From the NCBI GenBank assembly GCA_020718205.1, contig DYSN01000002.1, positions 7,172 to 71,171 of the forward strand: a stretch of DNA of 64,000 nucleotides, given 5' to 3'. Below the pieces are notes generated by a model. The model saw only the letters and a program-made list of their open reading frames with translations, made no database searches and was not told the DNA's origin. Positions 57,302-64,000 of this stretch are shown here, piece by piece; position 1 is the first letter of the stretch, and each line of letters starts with the position of its first letter. Both the position numbers and the translations under genes were made by a program. This DNA comes from Draconibacterium orientale. Lineage in GTDB: Bacteria; Bacteroidota; Bacteroidia; Bacteroidales; UBA12170.

Positions 57302-58393
57302 CTACTCTATTTTCAGCAGCTCTGTTTTCTTGTTTTGCTCCAGCAAAATAAACTTCGCATTTTTCGCTTTTAGCTCATCCTTTTTCAGCGGAAGTAAATG
57401 TTTCCCGTTATTCTCGTCGAGCTTAATGGTTTCTATTTTGCCGAAATCTGCACTCAAATAGGTGGCTTTCATTTTGCCCGATTGGTCGGTAGATAAATAC
57501 ATAACCGGTTCTTCATCCCCCTGAATTTTAATATCCATTTCCAATTTGGAGAATTTATTTTCTGGTTTGAGTTCCAATCCGGCAGCAATGGCTTTTTCAA
57601 GATCCGATTTATCGGCAGGTAAAAGCATCTGCATCTGCATATTGCCTTTGTTTCCAGCATGCATCATGACCACTTTATGATTGTTCAGGGGTTGACCACC
57701 ATCCACAAAAACCATATTCCTGCCATTCACACTCCCGGCAGAATCGACCATGATGATAGTTTTCTCACCGTCTTTGCCTTCCCGGGTTGTAATATTATGA
57801 TTTCCGGCATCATCAACGGTTGTTTCCACCCAAATCATTCTTTTTGCCGAGTCGCCATGCATGTCAGAATCCACAAATACCTTCACCATCATACTGTCGT
57901 TACCGAGGTTCAAGTGGTCCGAATCGATAACAATTTTTTTAATCACTTTCTTCTCAGTCGATTGGTGCAGAACTTCCAGTGCTTCGTTCATTCTTTGCAT
58001 GGTTTCGACATCCAATTTTAAGTTTTTAAGCTCATTTTCAATGGTTTTAAGGGCAGCTTCAGCAGCAGCTTCCTTCTGTTCCCATTCAAATTCCATTTCT
58101 TTTTCCATGGCAAAAACCTTGTCATCGGCCATAGAAGTAATAACCTTTATCTGATTTCCGTTTTCTTTCAGCTCAAGCTCTACTATCTTTTCAATTTCTT
58201 TTAAATCCGCGGGATTCATCATAATGATGGTATCGACTTGCGTGGTTTTTCCATCGTCGCTAACTTCCATTTTCACCATAATGGTTTTTTCCTGTTTCAC
58301 AGTTTTCGTGTAGGTCTGAGCCATTGAAATTGATGCAGATAATACGAGAGCCCAGAGTAAACTCATCAGTTTGTATAAAATTCCATTTTTCAT
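57302..58393 (-). CDS. Hypothetical secreted protein
   Basis: Signal peptide (start MKNGIL at 58393), Met/Lys/Glu-rich, with a helical middle and short beta-like segments. Confidence 0.7.
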   Translation of the reverse strand: MKNGILYKLMSLLWALVLSASISMAQTYTKTVKQEKTIMVKMEVSDDGKTTQVDTIIMMNPADLKEIEKIVELELKENGNQIKVITSMADDKVFAMEKEMEFEWEQKEAAAEAALKTIENELKNLKLDVETMQRMNEALEVLHQSTEKKVIKKIVIDSDHLNLGNDSMMVKVFVDSDMHGDSAKRMIWVETTVDDAGNHNITTREGKDGEKTIIMVDSAGSVNGRNMVFVDGGQPLNNHKVVMMHAGNKGNMQMQMLLPADKSDLEKAIAAGLELKPENKFSKLEMDIKIQGDEEPVMYLSTDQSGKMKATYLSADFGKIETIKLDENNGKHLLPLKKDELKAKNAKFILLEQNKKTELLKIE

Positions 58394-58727
58394 AAAACAA
58401 TATTTTAGGTTATAATTAGATGATAAGCGCATGAAATTTACCATCTGGATTGCTTTGCCCGTTCATGCTCTTTTATGGGGCCAATTCATTAAAAAAATTA
58501 CTCAGCAAATGTATCTTGCCAAAGATTATCAATTGTTTAAGTTGGGTTAAAAAAGGTTAAAGTAAGGTTAAGGGACATGTTGAACTCACCTGCTTATGTG
58601 AGGCATAACAATCGATGGAACCAGGCTCTGAATCTGATGGAAGCATAAAAAACAGCCTTCGCCTGAAGTCCAGAAAGCCAAAGAGCAATTTTACCCTAAT
58701 TTTTATACTTTTGCCAAAAACAAATCT

Positions 58728-59015
58728 GTGAAAGAAGTTTGGAATCAAATAGCAGTACAGGGAATAAGCTTGCCTATTCATGTGTATCGCTATGCCATAT
58801 CTCCACTACTTCCGGCCAGCTGCCGACATATTCCCACCTGTTCGCAATACAGCTTAGAAGCACTCAAGATGCATGGAATTATTACTGGAACAGCCCTGGC
58901 TGCCAATAGAATAATCCGTTGCCACCCCTGGGGAACTCAAGGCTACGATCCGGTACCGAAATTTATTTTTCCAATAAAGTATAAATCAAAATTATTTGAA
59001 ACCCGACTTCAATGA
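58728..59015 (+). CDS. yidD: Membrane protein insertion efficiency factor YidD
   Basis: [32 protein letters not shown]. Confidence 0.93.
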   Translation: MKEVWNQIAVQGISLPIHVYRYAISPLLPASCRHIPTCSQYSLEALKMHGIITGTALAANRIIRCHPWGTQGYDPVPKFIFPIKYKSKLFETRLQ

Positions 59016-60079
59016 GAAACTTTGGTTCTGACAAATTATCGGCGATAAACGCCAAGTATGAAGCGCAAAAGATAGCTTTTGGGCCCATTGCCTTTCAGGC
59101 AGTTAGAGTAATGAGAAATTTAGGAATTCTGCAAATGGTCGAAAACTCGCGCAAAGCAGGAATTCTGGTCGACGATATCGTGAACGAGCTGAAGCTTTCG
59201 CACTACGGCGTTCAGGTTTTGCTCGATGCAGGCATCAGTTGTAATGTGGTTTACCAAAAGGACAATCGTTTCTATCTGACCAAAACAGGCTATTTCATTC
59301 TCAACGACCCATTAACCGAGGCCAATATGGATTTTGTTCACGATGTGAATTATCTCGGGTTTTACGAGCTCGAAGAATCCATTAAAAATGGGAAACCCGA
59401 AGGATTAAAGGTTTTTGGCTCGTGGAAAACAGTTTATGAAGCATTGGCTTCGTTGCCCCCAAAGGTTCAGGATAGCTGGTTTAAGTTTGACCATTACTAC
59501 TCCGATTTGGTTTTTCCGCTGGTGATGCCATTGATTTTTGCCGACAAGCCCAAACGGTTGCTCGATATTGGAGGCAATACCGGAAAATTCAGCATGAAAG
59601 CAGCCCGGTATAATGCCGATGTTCATATCACCATTCTCGATTTACCCGGACAGTTGGAAGTGGCCTATAAAAATATTGCAGAAGCCGGATTGAGCGCAAG
59701 AATTGATGGATTTCCCATAAACCTTCTAAATCCGCAGAACGCTTATCCCCCTCAGGTGGATGCCATTTGGATGAGTCAGTTTCTCGATTGTTTCTCGGAA
59801 GAAGAAATTTCGCATTTGCTGTCGAGAGCTTTCACTGCCCTGATTCCCGGGGGAATTCTTTACATAAACGAAACCTATTGGGATCGCCAGAAATATGTGG
59901 CCAGCACTTACAGTCTGAACATGACTTCGCTGTATTTTACTGCCATTGCCAACGGAAACAGCCGAATGTATCACAGCGACGACATGATTCGCCTGGTGAA
60001 AAACGCAGGATTCGAAATAGCCGAAGATATTGATGGGCTGGGCGTGAGCCATACGCTGCTCAAGTGTCGCAAGAATTAA
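59012..60079 (+). CDS. SAM-dependent O-methyltransferase (methyltransferase_2-like)
   Basis: [41 protein letters not shown]. Confidence 0.88.
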   Translation: MRNFGSDKLSAINAKYEAQKIAFGPIAFQAVRVMRNLGILQMVENSRKAGILVDDIVNELKLSHYGVQVLLDAGISCNVVYQKDNRFYLTKTGYFILNDPLTEANMDFVHDVNYLGFYELEESIKNGKPEGLKVFGSWKTVYEALASLPPKVQDSWFKFDHYYSDLVFPLVMPLIFADKPKRLLDIGGNTGKFSMKAARYNADVHITILDLPGQLEVAYKNIAEAGLSARIDGFPINLLNPQNAYPPQVDAIWMSQFLDCFSEEEISHLLSRAFTALIPGGILYINETYWDRQKYVASTYSLNMTSLYFTAIANGNSRMYHSDDMIRLVKNAGFEIAEDIDGLGVSHTLLKCRKN

Positions 60080-60237
60080 GTTAAGGTGCTATGGTTGAAA
60101 ATATCATGAATTCTTTTGTAATGTTGAATGTTTCTAAATGAAAAGTCAAAACCCGAAAAACGGGAATATTTAAGCACGATTTGATGAAAAACCTTTAACT
60201 TTGGCCTCCTCTAAAAACAAAAAAACCTAATAATAAA

Positions 60238-61107
60238 ATGAGCATACTCGTTAATAAAGATTCTAAAATTGTAGTTCAGGGCTTCACCGGAAGCGAAGGA
60301 ACTTTTCATGCCACCCAAATGATTGAATATGGCACCAATGTTATTGGGGGCGTTACCCCGGGCAAAGGTGGACAAACACACCTCGAAAAGCCTGTGTTTA
60401 ACACAGTTGCCGATGCCGTAAATCAGGCAGATGCCAATGTATCTATTATTTTTGTTCCACCCGCATTTGCCGCCGATGCCATTATGGAAGCTGCCGATGC
60501 CGGAATCAAAGTGATTGTTTGCATCACCGAAGGCATTCCCACATCGGATATGGTAAGAGTTAAAGAATACTTAAAGCCAAGAGATTGCAGATTAATCGGT
60601 CCAAACTGCCCCGGAATTATTACCCCCGATGAAGCTAAAGTGGGCATTATGCCTGGCTTCATCCATCAAAAAGGTAGCGTGGGTATTGTTAGCCGCTCGG
60701 GTACCTTGACCTACGAAGCCGTTGACCAGCTTACCAAAGTTGGCCTTGGACAAACCACTGCTATTGGTATTGGCGGAGACCCTATAATTGGAACAACCAC
60801 CAAAGATGCAGTTGAGCTTTTTATGAACGATCCTGAAACCAAAGGCATTGTGATGATAGGCGAAATTGGCGGTGGCATGGAAGCCGAAGCTGCCCGCTAT
60901 ATTAAAGAGCACGGAACCAAACCCGTGGTTGGTTTTATTGCCGGAGCCACAGCCCCTAAAGGCCGCACTATGGGCCACGCCGGAGCCATTATTGGTGGAA
61001 AGGAAGACACCGCAGAAGCCAAGAAAGAAATTATGCGCGACAGCGGAATTTATGTGGTTGACAGCCCTGCCGATATCGGACGAAAAATGAAGGAAATATT
61101 GGGATAA
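60238..61107 (+). CDS. sucD: Succinyl-CoA ligase alpha subunit
   Basis: [44 protein letters not shown]. Confidence 0.97.
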   Translation: MSILVNKDSKIVVQGFTGSEGTFHATQMIEYGTNVIGGVTPGKGGQTHLEKPVFNTVADAVNQADANVSIIFVPPAFAADAIMEAADAGIKVIVCITEGIPTSDMVRVKEYLKPRDCRLIGPNCPGIITPDEAKVGIMPGFIHQKGSVGIVSRSGTLTYEAVDQLTKVGLGQTTAIGIGGDPIIGTTTKDAVELFMNDPETKGIVMIGEIGGGMEAEAARYIKEHGTKPVVGFIAGATAPKGRTMGHAGAIIGGKEDTAEAKKEIMRDSGIYVVDSPADIGRKMKEILG

Positions 61108-61123
61108 TAAAACATATCTCCGT

Positions 61124-61160
61124 AAAACTCTGTTTTTAATCTTAAAAGCAGAGTTTTTTT
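61124..61160 (+). terminator. Terminator after sucD
   Basis: aaaactctgtttt...aaaagcagagtttt inverted repeat followed by a T run. Confidence 0.75.
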
Positions 61161-61255
61161 ATTTTATGCCTTTTTTAACCCCAAATTATCCTACGAAATA
61201 AATTAATTTTGCCGCCTGAAAGAAAATCGATTATTTCACAATAAAACAAATAATT

Positions 61256-62257
61256 ATGGCTTATAATTTAAGAAACAGAAACTTTTTAAAGCTTCTGGAT
61301 TTCACTCCCAAAGAGATAAAATTTCTATTGGATTTGTCAATGGATTTAAAGAAGGCAAAATATGCAGGAACCGAAGTTCAGAGAATGAAAGGTAAAAATA
61401 TAGCACTCATTTTCGAGAAAGCTTCTACCCGCACCCGTTGCGCTTTCGAAGTGGCTGTTCACGATCAGGGGGGAAATGTTACCTATTTGGGCCCTTCAGG
61501 CTCGCAAATCGGGAATAAAGAATCGATGAAAGATACCGCCAGGGTTTTGGGCAGAATGTACGACGGTATTGAATACCGCGGATACGGACAAGACATTGTG
61601 GAAGAGCTTGGTAAATATGCCGGAGTTCCTGTTTGGAATGGCCTCACCAACGAATTTCACCCCACTCAGATTCTCGCCGACTTCCTCACCATGATGGAAC
61701 ACAGCGACAAACCCCTGAATCAAATCACATTTGCTTACGCAGGTGATGCCCGCAACAATATGGGAAACTCGCTGATGATTGGTGCTGCCAAAATGGGAAT
61801 GAAATTCCGCGCAGTGGCTCCAAAAAGCGTTCAACCTTCGGACGAATTGGTGGCCAAAGCCCGCGAAATTGCTGCCGAAACCGGCGCTGAGATTATCGCT
61901 ACCGACAATGTGAAAGAAGGCGTTAAAGGTTGCGATTTCATTTATACCGACGTTTGGGTTAGCATGGGCGAACCCGCCGAAGTTTGGAAAGAGCGTATTG
62001 AGTTGCTCACCCCCTATCAGGTTAACAAAGCCATGATGGATGCCACTGGGAACCCCAACTGCAAATTTATGCACTGTCTGCCAGCATTCCACAACCGCGA
62101 AACCAAAGTGGGCGAAGAGATTTTCCAAAAATTTGGTCTCGAAGCCATGGAAGTTACCGAAGAAGTTTTCGAAAGCCCAAACTCCATAGTTTTTGATGAA
62201 GCAGAAAATCGTCTGCACACCATCAAAGCCATTATGGTAGCCACCCTGGGCGCATAA
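61256..62257 (+). CDS. argF: Ornithine carbamoyltransferase (ArgF/ArcB type)
   Basis: [40 protein letters not shown]. Confidence 0.93.
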   Translation: MAYNLRNRNFLKLLDFTPKEIKFLLDLSMDLKKAKYAGTEVQRMKGKNIALIFEKASTRTRCAFEVAVHDQGGNVTYLGPSGSQIGNKESMKDTARVLGRMYDGIEYRGYGQDIVEELGKYAGVPVWNGLTNEFHPTQILADFLTMMEHSDKPLNQITFAYAGDARNNMGNSLMIGAAKMGMKFRAVAPKSVQPSDELVAKAREIAAETGAEIIATDNVKEGVKGCDFIYTDVWVSMGEPAEVWKERIELLTPYQVNKAMMDATGNPNCKFMHCLPAFHNRETKVGEEIFQKFGLEAMEVTEEVFESPNSIVFDEAENRLHTIKAIMVATLGA

Positions 62258-62275
62258 AATAAATCAGATGATTTA

Positions 62276-62307
62276 AAGCCTTCCTCTAAAACGGGAAGGC
62301 TTTTTTA
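62276..62307 (+). terminator. Terminator after the carbamoyltransferase gene
   Basis: aaagccttcc...ggaaggcttt followed by a T run. Confidence 0.8.
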
Positions 62308-62432
62308 GTTTTTATGCTGCCATTTGTATCAACTAAACGAAGTTTTATAAATTTGGGCAGAAATAGTTGACGAACCCTCTATTCGCAGAAAATAGAATTG
62401 CGTTGAATTAATCAATAAACAAAATATAAATT

Positions 62433-64000
62433 ATGAGAAAAATCATTAGCCTTTGGGTAAGTTTATGGATGGTTTTGGCTGTTCAGGCACAGGAAACAAC
62501 CACTCTGACTATAGAAGATGTATTTAAGAGCCGCAAATTATTCCCAAAATCGGCCTATATCGGTCAATCCTTGAACGATGGGATTCATTATTATAAATCG
62601 GGGGCAGATGGTATAGAAAAATATGCCTGGGCAACCGGCGATAAAGTAGGAACCATACTCAACAACAACGATATAAAGATAAACGATACCACAGTTTTTG
62701 AATATGAATCTTTTGAGTTTAGCCCTGAAGAAGACAAATTGCTGTTTGTTACCGAAACCGAAGATATTTACCGACATTCGAGCAAATCGAATTTCTATAT
62801 TTACTCGTTGACTAACAAGACATTAAAAGCCTTGAGTCCTCATGGCAAGCAACGATTAGCCACCTTTTCGCCTGATGGAACCAAAATTGCTTTTGTGCGC
62901 GACAACAATCTTTTCATTACCAATCTTGATGATATGAGCGAAAAGCAAATCACCAACGATGGTGAATATGAGCATATTATCAACGGAACCACCGATTGGG
63001 TTTATGAAGAAGAATTTAGCTTTACCCAGGCTTTTTATTGGTCGCCCGATGGCCGCTATATAGCTTTTTACAAGTTCGACGAGTCGAAGGTGAAAGAGTT
63101 TTGGCTTACCTATTACGGCGATTTATATCCCCGACACGAAAAATATAAATACCCCAAAGCCGGCGAAGACAACAGCTTAGTGACCATTCATACCTACGAT
63201 TTAACCACCGGAACCACCCAAACCATGAATACAGGTTCGGAAACCGACATCTATATTCCACGAATCAAATGGACTTATGAAAGTGATAAACTGGTGATAT
63301 TTTGGATGAACCGTCTACAGAACGAATTGAAATTTCTTCAGGCCAATCCTGCCACTGGCGAAACCAAAACCATTTACTCGCAAACCAATAAATACTTTAT
63401 TGAAATTACCGATGACCTCAGTTTTATGGCCGATAAACATGGAAAAAACAGCGGATTTCTTTTTACCGCCGAACTGGATGGATTCAATCATATTTATCAT
63501 TTCAATATGGATGGAATCATTGCCAAACAGCTGACTCAGGGGAATTGGGATGTGGAAAAAATTGTGGGCTACGACGACAAAAACCAGATTGTGTATTATC
63601 GCACAGCCAAATCGGCTCCCTATAATCGCGAAATATTTGGGGTAAGTTTAAAAGGAAAAGAATATCCAATTGAAGTAAAAGCGGGTTGGAATAATGTGCA
63701 ATTCAGCTCCAATTATGAATTTTATAGCAGCAGCTGGAGCGACGCCAACACCCCACCGGTTTATACCTTAAAAACCATCGAAGGCCAAACCATTAAGGTG
63801 ATGGAAGACAATGCAGAATTTATTAAAAAAATGGCTCCCTATCACTATCAGGACAAAACCTTCTTCGACATCACCACCACCGAAGGCGTGAAGCTGAGTT
63901 GCTGGCAGATTTTGCCCCCCAATTTCGATACCACCAAAAAATACGGCGTGTTGTTCACCATTTATGGCGGCCCAGGCTCACAAACAGTTCAAAACAGTTG
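62433..64000 (+). CDS. Dipeptidyl peptidase IV (S9B), 3' end off the window
   Basis: Not in the ORF track. My translation from ATG at 62433: MRKIISLWVSLWMVLAVQAQ...NGTTDWVYEEEF...WSPDG...YKYPKAGEDNS...IYGGPGSQ. Confidence 0.93.
   Translation, partial: MRKIISLWVSLWMVLAVQAQETTTLTIEDVFKSRKLFPKSAYIGQSLNDGIHYYKSGADGIEKYAWATGDKVGTILNNNDIKINDTTVFEYESFEFSPEEDKLLFVTETEDIYRHSSKSNFYIYSLTNKTLKALSPHGKQRLATFSPDGTKIAFVRDNNLFITNLDDMSEKQITNDGEYEHIINGTTDWVYEEEFSFTQAFYWSPDGRYIAFYKFDESKVKEFWLTYYGDLYPRHEKYKYPKAGEDNSLVTIHTYDLTTGTTQTMNTGSETDIYIPRIKWTYESDKLVIFWMNRLQNELKFLQANPATGETKTIYSQTNKYFIEITDDLSFMADKHGKNSGFLFTAELDGFNHIYHFNMDGIIAKQLTQGNWDVEKIVGYDDKNQIVYYRTAKSAPYNREIFGVSLKGKEYPIEVKAGWNNVQFSSNYEFYSSSWSDANTPPVYTLKTIEGQTIKVMEDNAEFIKKMAPYHYQDKTFFDITTTEGVKLSCWQILPPNFDTTKKYGVLFTIYGGPGSQTVQNS

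Noticed and set aside
58500-58727. Possible ncRNA or small ORF upstream of yidD
   Set aside because: No recognisable RNA family motif or convincing structure; only a TACTTTTG promoter element is evident.
60238-61107. sucD without an adjacent sucC
   Set aside because: Separation of sucC and sucD is common in Bacteroidota.
61496-62218. 240 aa minus-strand ORF
   Set aside because: Antisense shadow of the carbamoyltransferase gene.

Overview
64 kb of a Bacteroidota chromosome, probably an environmental or anaerobic Bacteroidales. The assignment rests on TAnnTTTG promoter elements, several T9SS C-terminal domains, a TonB receptor, and the Bacteroidales-type etfB-etfA-acd and DPP IV genes. Housekeeping genes (corA, queD, rpmB, Mur ligase, etfAB/acd, yidD, sucD, ornithine carbamoyltransferase, DPP IV) are interspersed with accessory modules. 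(i) Two tandem paralogous secreted carbohydrate-associated proteins, one ending in an IPTL-CTERM-like anchor. (ii) A HEPN-MNT pair whose HEPN gene is split by an in-frame stop. (iii) A cobalamin riboswitch controlling a lone T9SS-tagged BtuG-like propeller. (iv) A complete 10-gene chemosensory cluster with an embedded His-less pseudokinase and a terminal hybrid kinase. (v) A decayed tyrosine-recombinase/cassette remnant. (vi) A 7-gene minus-strand locus that looks like an uncharacterised synthase-dependent exopolysaccharide system (processive GT2, HEAT-like membrane partner, TPR-YaiO outer-membrane barrel, atypical receiver, ligand-less hemerythrin-like protein, T9SS-secreted GH-A-like hydrolase). 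No rRNA, tRNA or CRISPR array was seen. All calls come from motif recognition by eye; no searches were run.
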